Shown here one piece after another: positions 10,520 to 19,906 of a stretch of 20,000 nt of DNA (positions within the stretch are counted from its first letter, which is position 1; each line of letters starts with the position of its first letter). The position numbers and the translations under genes were made by a program. Source of the stretch: Vicugna vicugna (Eukaryota); the NCBI GenBank assembly GCA_013265495.1, contig MU058433.1:275739-295738 (forward strand), written 5' to 3'. The notes under the pieces were generated by a model. The model did no database searches and was not told where the DNA came from. It saw only the letters and a list, made by a program, of their open reading frames with translations.

Positions 10520-11060
10520 ATAAGTATTTTATTGAATTATAATATGCATGCAAAAAAGAGCACACATCATAAATTTACAGGTTCATTAAACGTCACCAAG
10601 TAGATATACCTCGTAATTGTCATTCGGGTCAAGAACTAAATCATTGGCAGCACCTCAGAAGCATCCCTCATATCCTGTCCAATCATTACCTGAACTCTCA
10701 TTCTTAAAGATTTCTAACACCATGAATTAATTATGTCTGCTTGTGAGCTTCATAAAAATAAAATCATACAATATATATTACTTTGTATCTTTCATTTGAC
10801 GTTGTATTTGAATTGACCACAGTTATTTGTTTATCCAGCTTCATGTTGATGGACATAGCTTCTGGGTATTTTGAGTACGCTGCACCTTACACCTTGACAA
10901 GTTTTCTGGTGAGCACATGTATACTTTGCTGATACACAGTTGGCAAACTTAAGAAAGAAAACAGCAGTCAAGAACTTGCGAAATAAGAATGAACGCCAAA
11001 TAGTTTTGGCAGGAGAATGCTGAGATAAATAATTAGCACAGACAATGATGAACACAGCTC
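10520..11060 (-). mobile_element. Ancient LINE-1 3' end (L1MD/L1ME-type)
   Basis: TTTTATTGAATTATAATATGCATGCAAAAAAGAGCACACATCATAAATTTACAG, GGTCAAGAACTAAATCATTGGCAGCACCTCAGAAG, GAGCTTCATAAAAATAAAATCATACAATATATA, TGTTGATGGACAT. Confidence 0.75.
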
Positions 11061-11412
11061 ACGTTTTGTGAAAGATTTAAAAATTTTCAAAGTTCAATTC
11101 CGGTCCTAGAGTTCTGACCACTGTGCCTCAAAATTTTGTGGATTGTTCTTTGAGAGAGAGATCTGTCTATAAAGATTAAATGCATTGAACTTTGAAGTCC
11201 CCTACGAGTAAAGAGACTTTAGAGAATCTCTTTGGAATTTCAGAAGACAGGGTCTCTGCCTACATGCATATAGTGATATCCTTTCAAAAGAGGTAGAAAA
11301 ATAAAGGCCACAAGCAAATGTTTCCTATGGCCAGATATCTGCTTTCATTTGGAGGGACCCCTGTTGATTTGATGATCTCAGGCTGGCTAAGAGAATAACT
11401 TCTCAGAAGACT

Positions 11413-12381
11413 CTATTTAAATGTTTGAGAAGAACTATCCTTTCCCTTAAGCAAGAACCCAGTGACACTTTCTCATATCTGCTTGGTTTTTATCTCATAC
11501 ACAATAGGATTCATTGTGGGAGGCATGAGTAGATAGAGATTAGCCATAATAATGTGTATGTGTGGAGGAATGGAGTGTCCCCCAAAACGGTGTGTAAAGA
11601 AGGTGAAGAAGGCTGGAACATAGGTGATGACGATGGCATAGATGTGGGCGGTGCAGGTGCTGAAGGCCTTCTGCCGAGCATCCGCTGATGACAGACTCAC
11701 AACCGCTCGAAGAATCATGGTGTAAGAGACTGTGATGCACAAGATGTCAAAACCCCCAATCAGGAGGGCAACCATTAGACCATAAGTAGCGTTGACCTTA
11801 ACATTGCCACAAGATATCTTGGCGACAGACATGTGGTCACAGTAGGTGTGCCGTATGACATTGCCCCTGCAGTATGGCAGGCGCCTAGTAAGGAAAGTGA
11901 AAGGGATAACAAGCACTACACCTCTAAGAAATGTGAGGAGCCCGGCCTTGGCAACGACTGAATTGGTGAGGAGAGTAGCATAGCGCAGAGGGCAGCAGAT
12001 GGCCACATAGCGGTCCAGGGCCATGAGCATGAGCACCCCAGACTCCATCCCTGTGAAAGCGTGCACAGAGAACATCTGGGCCAGGCAGGCCTTAAAATCA
12101 ATCTCCTTGAGGTTGAACCACAAAATGCAGAGGGTGTTGGGGAGCGTGCTGGTGCACATGAGCACATCTGTGAAGGAAAGAAGGGCTAGGAAGATGTACA
12201 TTGGTCTGTGCAAGGCCTCTTCAGAGTAGATGAGGTACATAAGGCCGAAGTTCCCTGTGATGGCAATGCTGTACATAGTGCACAGAGGGAAGGAGATCCA
12301 CATATGCACTTCTTCCAGCCCAGGAATGCCATTGAGGATGAACATGGCTGGAGTTAGGCTAGCGCCATTCAGAAATGACAT
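11413..12381 (-). pseudogene. OR52N1: Class I olfactory receptor, OR52N1-like; ORF 11473-12381 (302 aa) truncated by a premature TGA, ancestral stop probably at 11413-11415 (probable young pseudogene or hypomorph)
   Basis: Motifs LHRPMYIFLALLS, MALDRYVAIC, HTYCDHMSVAKISC, KAFSTCTAH and PPTMNPIVY are present, and the N-terminus MSFLNG.SLTP matches recalled OR52N1. After KTKQI comes TGA (11473-11475), then in-frame ESVTGFLLKGKDSSSQTFK-TAG, which resembles the normal tail. All 7 TMs are present, so residual function is not excluded. Confidence 0.85.
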
Positions 12382-12423
12382 AGTGACTGTTGGAAGTTCA
12401 TGATCCAGCAGTTATAGAAAAAA

Positions 12424-12455
12424 GGTTTCTACAGGCAGAAAAAAAGTAAGTTCAG
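12424..12455 (-). promoter_or_regulatory. Putative splice acceptor of the OR52N1 coding exon (AG at 12430-12429)
   Basis: Minus strand reads CTTACTTTTTTTCTGCCTGTAG|AAACC, about 47 nt upstream of the ATG. Confidence 0.65.
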
Positions 12456-12987
12456 AGAGTAACTGACAAGTAGGCTTTTCTTTCCCATAATTGATCATTT
12501 GTCTTTCTTTTAGATCAATCACCATATGTGGTCTTTTATGTGGAATATGTGACGTTACCCTTTATTTGGGTCCATGCCGTGAGCATTAGACATTGACAAG
12601 ATGAACTGACTGAGTCTAGTAGACTTGCTGGATCTGGATGTCTTTTTTAAAATCATATAGTCCACTCTTAAGACTGAAGTTGATCAGTAACTGACCAATT
12701 GGATGATCAAGGATTGATTAAATATTTGCTGTATTCTAGGTGGTCACCATCTTAATCAGAGATGCCTATTCCATTCTGAAATGTTAGCAATCCTCAATGG
12801 TTCTATGCTTTATCTAGTGGACGTACTGACAATGATTTCAACCTGGTTTTAGCCCAAATCCCCCATTTTTCTTTTGCAAGAAACTTAAATATAGAAAACT
12901 ATAAATCAGCCACTTATGCCAAAAGCTTTCTTTAAGCAAAATCACAGGATGATCCTAAAGGTAAAAAATAATAAAAATCCCCTTCCT

Positions 12988-13671
12988 GGAACCCTCCTAC
13001 ACTGCCGGTGGGAATGCAGTTTGGTGCAGCCACTATGGAAAACAGTGTGGAGATTCCTCAAAAGACTAGGAATAGACTTACCATATGACCCAGGAATCCC
13101 ACTCCTGGGCTTGTATCCAGAAGGAAATCTACTTCAGGATGACACCTGCACTCCAATGTTCATAGCAGCACTATTTACAATAGCCAAAACATGGAAACAG
13201 CCTAAATGTCCATCAATAGGTGACTGGATAAAGAAGATGTGGTATATTTATACAATGGAATACTACTCAGCCATAAAAACCGACAACATAACGCCATTTG
13301 CAGCAACATGGATGCTCCTAGAGAATGTCATTCTAAGTGAAGTAAGCCAGAAAGAGAAAGAAAAATACCATATGAGATCGCTCATATGTGGAATCTAAAG
13401 ACTCATGGACAGAGAATACAGACTTGTGGTTACCAGGGGGGTAGAGGGTGGGAAGGGATAGACTGGGATTTCAAAATTGTAGAACAGATAAACAAGATTA
13501 CACTGTATAGCACAGGGAAATATACACAAAATGTTATGATAAATCACAGAGAAAAAAATGTGACAATGAGTGTGTATATGTCCATGAATGACTGAAAAAT
13601 TGTGCTGAACACTGGAATTTGACACAACATTGTAAAATGATTATAAATCAATAAAAAATGTTAAAAAAAAT
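12988..13671 (+). mobile_element. Young 5'-truncated LINE-1 (camelid/cetartiodactyl-type): intact ORF2 C-terminus, 3'UTR, A-tail, TSD up to 21 bp
   Basis: Uninterrupted ORF2 peptide [25 protein letters not shown]...CTPMFIAALFTIAKTWKQPKCPS...WIKKMWYIYTMEYYSAIK...SLICGI*. AATAAA is followed by an A-tail. The direct repeat AATAATAAAAATCCCCTTCCT occurs at 12967-12987 and 13672-13692. Confidence 0.96.
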
Positions 13672-14932
13672 AATAATAAAAATCCCCTTCCTAATCTCAT
13701 CAGAAGGCCACCTTTGGTTCCCTCAATCACTACCAAAGTAAACAGATGGTGAAGAATCACTGGAAATAGAACAACTTATGAGAAATTGATATTTTTCTAA
13801 GATTAAAGTTTCTTATAATGGACTCTAGAGTTTAATCCAATGAGAAGAGGATACTCTTCATTTCAAACGAAAATGATTGATATTTCCTTTAGGACACAGT
13901 ACTTTATTTTCAATCCAGATCACAACTTCAGAGAAGCATAGAATCAAATATCTCTCAAGCTATGTTATCTCCAAAGCTAAGTTTTTGTAGCATAAAGGAG
14001 ATGCTCAATACATTTTTAAAGTCCATAGAAAAAGAAGCTGTGGGAGAACAAGGACTGACAAAATACTTACAAGTAGTAAGGAGGAGAATATTTAGTGTGA
14101 TGGTATATTGTGAGGAAATAAGAAAAAAGTTTTGACCATAGGATGTACGCAAATTGGATGCACAAGTCTGAGGAAGTAGGCTACACTGGGCTGGAATGTG
14201 CTGATTTAGGGGGAAAAATGTATATGTAGTGTGATGTGGGGGACAATCCAGTAGAGGGAGTTGTTGGATTAAAAAAATAATCTCTCTGAATATAAAAATA
14301 ACAATAATGAAATTTATAGCACTTCCTGAACACACGAGAGGTAACCCATCTGTCACCTCAAAGGTGTTTCCACTGAAAATTTAAGGCTGTGAAAAACCGG
14401 TTCTCCTTTCTTCATATGTGTCTTTTTTTAAATTTTGTATCCTTAGTTTTTAAAACATGAAGTCTGCATAGATGAAATCTAGGGCCCCTTTGAGTTGAGA
14501 AACAATTCAAATATCATAACTATGATATGAAATGGAGGTAATTTCCTGAAAGGAAAAGTTGATGAGGAACAGGAAAAATACAGAATAAGGCTTTCATTGC
14601 TCTTTTCTCTTCTCCCACCATGGTGTAAACTGTTCTCTCTCAGGAATGCTATTTCTAGCTTTCACAGCTGGGGGGATGTATTATCTCTCTTCAGAATACT
14701 CCCCACGAGGATCAGGTTTCAAGAGTTGAAACATGAATGTTTTCTCCAAAGTAAAAATGGGGTATACAAGCCAGTACGTAAAAGCAGCCTTATAATAGGG
14801 TACATTGCGCCTTTTCAAAAGTTATGAGAATAACCCTATTTGACAAGTCTCCTTTCTCTTCCCCTCTCAGCTATCATAATTAGAACCGACTCCTTTAATA
14901 ATAAAAAGAATGCACCCCTAATTTAGAAATCT

Positions 14933-15420
14933 GCTTACCCTGAAAGTTACCGGAGTTCTTCAAGAAACTAAAGGCGTACCCACGTATTAAGTCATATTCA
15001 CATCTATGCGATGGCCTCGGCCCGGCAGGAGAAATGTAAGTCCAATATTGAGACCACAAGGAGGTAGATGGAGGGCGGAACATTTCTATTCTGTGTGTGG
15101 TGCGTGTGTGTATGATATTTTCTAAAACTGGAGAGCTGGGAATACTCAGTTGTTAGCTATCTCTTTCTACCATAGTCTCAGAGGAAAAGTGATTTTCCAT
15201 GTACGTGTATGTATATTACGAAAAAAAGAAGACTTAGGAATCTGGCATATCTGGGTCCTAAGGAACCTGGCTCAGCATTTGGGAATTGCTTTAGGAATTA
15301 TTTTATCCCAAATCATAGTCTAGGACTCCTGACAGTGTAATTTTTTGTAGATAAAATAAAGATTATGTAGCTCTCAAAACTTTTGAACTTTCAGAATTAA
15401 ATCCCTTGGGGAGACAGACC
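14933..15420 (-). promoter_or_regulatory. Candidate 5'UTR exon and promoter of OR52N1
   Basis: Minus-strand donor AGG|GTAAGC at 14939/14938; strong O/E(EBF)-like site TCCCTTGGGGA (15402-15412) next to AATTAA; weaker sites GTCCTAAGGAA and TTTGGGAAT at ~15255-15290; local CpG enrichment. Confidence 0.5.
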
Positions 15421-15499
15421 TGTCTTCTACCTTTTTCAAAACTTAGTGCAATGTCATGCACAAAACTGAAACTGAAAAAAATTTTTTGAAGAAAAATTA

Positions 15500-15847
15500 A
15501 ATAATGTTGGTATGCAAACAATTAACTTTTATATGTGACCTTGTATTTAGTGTTCATAATAAATTTACTTATGAAGTAATTTTTGTATAGATTGTTTTGG
15601 ATTATCTAAATATATGCCATCTCATTGTAAATGAAGAATTTTTTGCTTCTTCCTTTGCCTTTTTTTTTATTCTCATTGTCTTGGCTAGAATATCCCTCCT
15701 GCCCAATGTTTAACAGGAGGTACACCCTGAAATGATGGTTTGAGATGTTCAGGAAAGTGTAATTCACTGCTGAGAAAATAATCCTGGGTTAGCATCAAAT
15801 AACTCACTACTGTGTAAGATATTGGCTCTTGAGTTTTACAGATGCTT
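15500..15847 (-). mobile_element. Ancient, degraded LINE-1 ORF2 fragment
   Basis: TTAACTTTTATATGTGACCTTGTATTTAG, TTTTTGTATAGATTGTTTTGGATTATCTAAATATATG, CTCATTGTCTTGGCTAGAATATCC, TAAGATATTGGCTCTTGAGTTTTACAGATGCTTT resemble reverse L1 ORF2. Confidence 0.6.
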
Positions 15848-16661
15848 TTTTCCAGCTCTCTTAAGATCTAATTGACATATAACACTATGTAAGTTTAATG
15901 TATTCAGTGGGATGGTTTGATGTATATACTGCAAAATGGGTATCACAATAAGTTAGTTAATGCATCTTTCACCCCACATAATTACCATTTTGTTGTTTCT
16001 ACAGTGAGGACATTATAGCTCTACTCTCATAGCAACCTTTGAGTACACAATGCAGCATTAACTATAGTCACCATGCTGTACATTAGAGGCCCAAGAATTT
16101 ATTCATCTTATAATTGCAAGTTTGTACCATTTAACCAACATCTCGCAATTTTCCCCACCATTCTGACCCTGGAAAACACCACTCTACTCCCTATTTCTAT
16201 GAGTTTGATGTTTTTGATGCCACATATAAGTGAAATCACACAGTATTTTTTTTTCTCTTTGACTTATTTCATTAGCATAATGACCTCAAGGGCCATCAGT
16301 GTTGTCACAAATGGTAAGATTTCCTTCTTTTTAAAGATGAATAATATTTCATTGTATATATATATTTTTTCTTTATCTATTAATCCATCTATGGACATCT
16401 TTAGTTGTTTCCATGTCTTGGCCTATTGTGAAAAATGCTGCAATGAACATGGTAGCAAATACATCTCTTCAAGAGGTGATTTCATCTTCTTTTGATATGT
16501 ACCCAAACTTAAGATTGCTAGATCATATGATATTATACTTTCAATTTTTTGAGAAACATCTATATCATTTTCCACAGTGGCTGTATCAATTTACATTCCT
16601 ACCAACACCAGTGCACCAGGGTTCACTTTTCTCCACAGCCTCAACAGCATTTATTATCTCA
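15848..16661 (-). mobile_element. LINE-1 3' end (L1MA9-like), ORF2 C-terminus plus 3'UTR, next to or nested in older L1
   Basis: TAATTGACATATAACACTATGTAAGTTTAA, TTAACTATAGTCACCATGCTGTACATTAGA, CCACATATAAGTGAAATCACACAGTATTT, AGTTGTTTCCATGTCTTGGCCTATTGTGAAAAATGCTGCAATGAACATGG, TTTCCACAGTGGCTGTATCAATTTACATTCCTACCAAC. Confidence 0.92.
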
Positions 16662-16789
16662 CATAATTTAATTTAATCAACTATAATCCAGTGGACACAT
16701 GTGGTAGGGCTTCTTGGAAGAAGGGAAATTATATGAGGAGGTAGGAGAATCAGTATTGTTAAAATACAGTCCATCATTTGGAAGTGGTC

Positions 16790-16941
16790 AAAGGGTCATT
16801 GGGAAGTTCAAGTCTTTGAGCATGAGCTCCCCACATTCCTTGGACCTGCAATAAATGGTGGTGAAGTGTCACCTTGTGGTGAAGTGTCAGTAGATTGGCT
16901 TTGCTGCACATCTGGCAAGATCCCAGTTCAGTTCAGTGACA
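16790..16941 (+). mobile_element. 3' part (R/U5) of an ERV1-class LTR (MER41_BT-like, cetartiodactyl type)
   Basis: GTCTTTGAGCATGAGCT...CCTGCAATAAA (poly-A signal), GTGTCAGTAGATTGGCTTTGCTGC and the terminus GTTCAGTTCAGTGACA (ending in CA) match my recollection of this LTR family. No matching 5' end was identified. Confidence 0.55.
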
Positions 16942-17039
16942 AGACTACCTTTGAAAAAGACTGCACACTATGACAGAAAATGTGTTTATATTTTAGTACT
17001 GAAAATGCCTACCAAACAGTCAAGCTAAAGCTAACACTT

Positions 17040-17805
17040 CCACAGAGATGGATTAAGAGGCGAATGAATAATCAAAGTATGAGAAAAACAACTGACTAAA
17101 AGCACTTTTAAAATGTTCAAAATCACTACAGTGAAGTTAGTTTTAAGTCAGGTTAACATACCAAAGAGATAGTATTCTCACCAGTTCAGCTGGGGAAAAG
17201 AGAGTAAACATACACTAACTAGTACTCATAGAGGGACAGTCCACTAACTGTGTGTGGCAGGGAAAGTCAGTACAAGTTTTATGGAGATGATTTTTTCCAA
17301 CATTTATCAACATAATTGAGTTGTCCGTGCCTTTTGATCCCACAAACTTCAATTCTATTTCTAATTATCTTAAGAGAGGAAAAATTCGTAGTACAAGTAG
17401 AGTTGATTAGGATATCCATAGAAGAATTATCTTTGATAGTAAAAATTAGAAACAATTTAAATATTCAAGGACAATGAAATGCTTGATTAATTTTGTTGCA
17501 GCTATTGGGTGGAAAGATAGTTTAACTCTTGAAAATTTCAATTTCAGGGCATACAGAACATGAGAAAATGTACATAAAATAGTGTTAAGTAGGGAAAACA
17601 GTTAAGTATGTGCAAAACTTCATATAGTCTGAAGTTTATATAAAAACAGAGTATTATACATAATAATTATAAAGTGATAGGACCAATAGAGAAAACTTTT
17701 TAGAGAGCTTCATTGCAATTACTGGTGATTTTTCCAAGTTTTTATTATACTATAGTTTTAGATTTTCTATATTAAAAATGTATTTATTTTGTAATAAATT
17801 TTAAA
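17040..17805 (+). mobile_element. Ancient LINE-1 3' region (L1ME-type)
   Basis: GTACAAGTTTTATGGAGATGATTTT...CATTTATCAA, GTGCCTTTTGATCCCAC...AATTCTATTTCTAATTATC, GATAGTAAAAATTAGAAACAATTTAAATATTCA, ending ATGTATTTATTTTGTAATAAA. Confidence 0.65.
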
Positions 17806-17959
17806 TGATGTTCATCTCCACCAAGCTTGGTGGTCATATTTCTCACTTGGGAAAAGCATTAAACTTAATGTGTTTTTGTCTTTGTTGTTTCTTTTTCTAC
17901 TTAAAAGCTTCTAAATGCCGATCTATTACCACCAGACCCAAAGTTTATTCCCTTTTAAA

Positions 17960-18135
17960 TAGATTCCTCTGAGAGATCTAATTGTGGAGAGTCAATCAGC
18001 CTGGGGCATCTTGCTGAAGATTCTCCAGGGAAACCACAAAACCTATGTAAGAAGATGCCAGCCCAGATGTTGAAGAACTCCTGAAGATTCTCAGCCATGA
18101 ACAGGGATTTGCTTGTGCCTAACGCTGAGGTGAGT
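17960..18135 (+). promoter_or_regulatory. Candidate promoter and first non-coding exon of the OR52N2-like gene
   Basis: Homeodomain core CTAATTG (17978-17984), O/E-like TCTCCAGGGA (18022-18031; reverse TCCCTGGAGA) and TTCCTCTGAGAGA, followed by the consensus donor GAG|GTGAGT at 18129/18130. Confidence 0.5.
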
Positions 18136-19831
18136 TCAGACAATTTTCAAAAATAGCCATTTTGAAAAAAGCAGGGACATTGCTAGCTGAGGAAACGATG
18201 GTCTAGAATATGGGCACAAATAATAAAAGATCGAATTAGCAAGAGGCAATGGATTTCTCTTTCCCTTTCACGTCTTAAAAGTTAATGGCTCTTTTTCTTT
18301 CTGGGTGGCTTCCACTAGACTTAGTCTCATTTTCTACTTCATTCATTTCATCACAGTGTACATATAAAAGATGGTGGACACTGGGGATTTTTATTTTAAA
18401 CTTCCATGGTCTAGGACTGTGAGATGATAGTTTCTCCACATGATGACATTTCTGGGGAGATTTGGGAGAACTCTTTCATAGGAAGAGATTGTTTACACGA
18501 GATGCAGTCAGCTTTGGGATCAGAGACCATGTGTCTCTGAAACTTGTATTCGTTTCTATTTCTTTTGTCCATGGTGGCTTCTATGTACTCTGACCAGTAA
18601 GAGTAGACACAACAGTGATTTCTAGGATATTTAGGTGACAGGAATCTACACATAATTCATGCCCTCACACTGCTCGTATCTATTGTTCTGCTAAATGGTG
18701 GGGGTGTTTAACACTGACTTTGCTTCATGAAGGCTCAGGTTTATGCCAGAGCTTAAGCACCATTTTATTTTTTTCAAATGAAATAATTTAACTATTTGGA
18801 AACTTCAAATTGACTCAAATATCTCTGAGTCTATAAATTTCTTCAAATATTATTGAATCCTTTCTACTACCCTACAAGAAATAGCAATCCAAAGATATGG
18901 TTTTCTTTTTACTGATTATACTTGTCTAGTTAAAACAAAAAGAAATATTGTTTAAATTGATGCAGTAGACAATCAGTAATCCTTAGAACTGCAAGGGCAT
19001 CCGGAGTGTACATTTCTATTGAAATAAATAGGGAACTATTTTTTTAAGCAGAAAGTAGAGAAGCTAAGAAAGAAAAGATGCTTGTATCAGAATGAATTAA
19101 AAATTTTAGTAAAATTTTTACTAAAATTCTATAATACTTGCTAATGATTTAGAAATGGAAGTACTTTATTTTTCTTCTAAGAACTCCCTTTGAAATTTCA
19201 AAGTGTGGAATTGTGATATTGACATCAAACAGTTTGAATGCCAGCCATATTGAATCCTTTCTAATTCAAACACTTACTTATTTACATATCTTTTATTAAG
19301 TAACTACAATGTATAATCTTAAGCAATATATATGGAACATTATCGGAAAATTTTACATGGATTACTACCTTTCTTCATAATCTTCAAGGCAGGACAAAAG
19401 TCCTGCTGAAAAGAATTCATCAAATTACAGCAATCCTCTAAATATATCAGCATGATTTTAATGGCAAGACTCAGGTACAACTAGCATGTGAAGAATCTGA
19501 GTAAAGAGAGAAGACACGGCTTATTGAAGGAAGAAAACCATTATAGCCCAGTTTACAGCTTTTTATCAAAATGTGGTAGAGTGCAAAAGGTGTGCTGGAA
19601 AAGGTGTAGAAAGTAAGGATAGTTACTTAGAAAGTATGCCATGGGACATGGAGTAAAGTAAAACTGCCCTGTTTAATTCTTTTTAGATAATGTAGATCAA
19701 AGAGTCTTTTGCTAGAGCTGAGGGGAAAAAACAAAAGAACAAAAAGCTATCCTCATTATCCTAAAAAGATGAATGGTTGTAACTTTTGTGGGTATCATTG
19801 TCCAAACCAGTCTCTTTTATTTGGTCTCTAG

Positions 19832-19860
19832 CCCCACCTCTTTCTCTCCTCTGCAGAAAG
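19832..19860 (+). promoter_or_regulatory. Putative splice acceptor of the OR52N2-like coding exon (CAG at 19854-19856)
   Basis: CCCCACCTCTTTCTCTCCTCTGCAG|AAAG: a long pyrimidine tract plus CAG, 50 nt upstream of the ATG at 19907. Confidence 0.7.
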
Positions 19861-19906
19861 CAATTGCTGACAAAGAATGTAAAATGCCCTCTTCTTGTCA
19901 GCCATC

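Noticed and set aside
12916..13398. 160-aa ORF as a novel chimeric gene
   Set aside because: It is the L1 ORF2 C-terminus, in frame by chance with a flanking ATG. There is no evidence of a promoter or expression.
16073..16676. 140-aa and 87-aa hydrophobic ORFs
   Set aside because: They are antisense reading frames of the L1 3' end.
16711..16719. GAS-like TTCTTGGAA near the MER41-like LTR as an interferon-responsive enhancer
   Set aside because: The motif lies outside the recognisable LTR part, TTCNNNGAA is common by chance (an identical copy occurs near 9230), and the LTR U3 region appears to be missing.
16680..16790. Possible remnant of an extra OR pseudogene between OR52N1 and OR52N2
   Set aside because: No sustained OR motifs in any frame. 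The sequence looks more like degraded L1 (ATCAGTATTGTTAAAATA).
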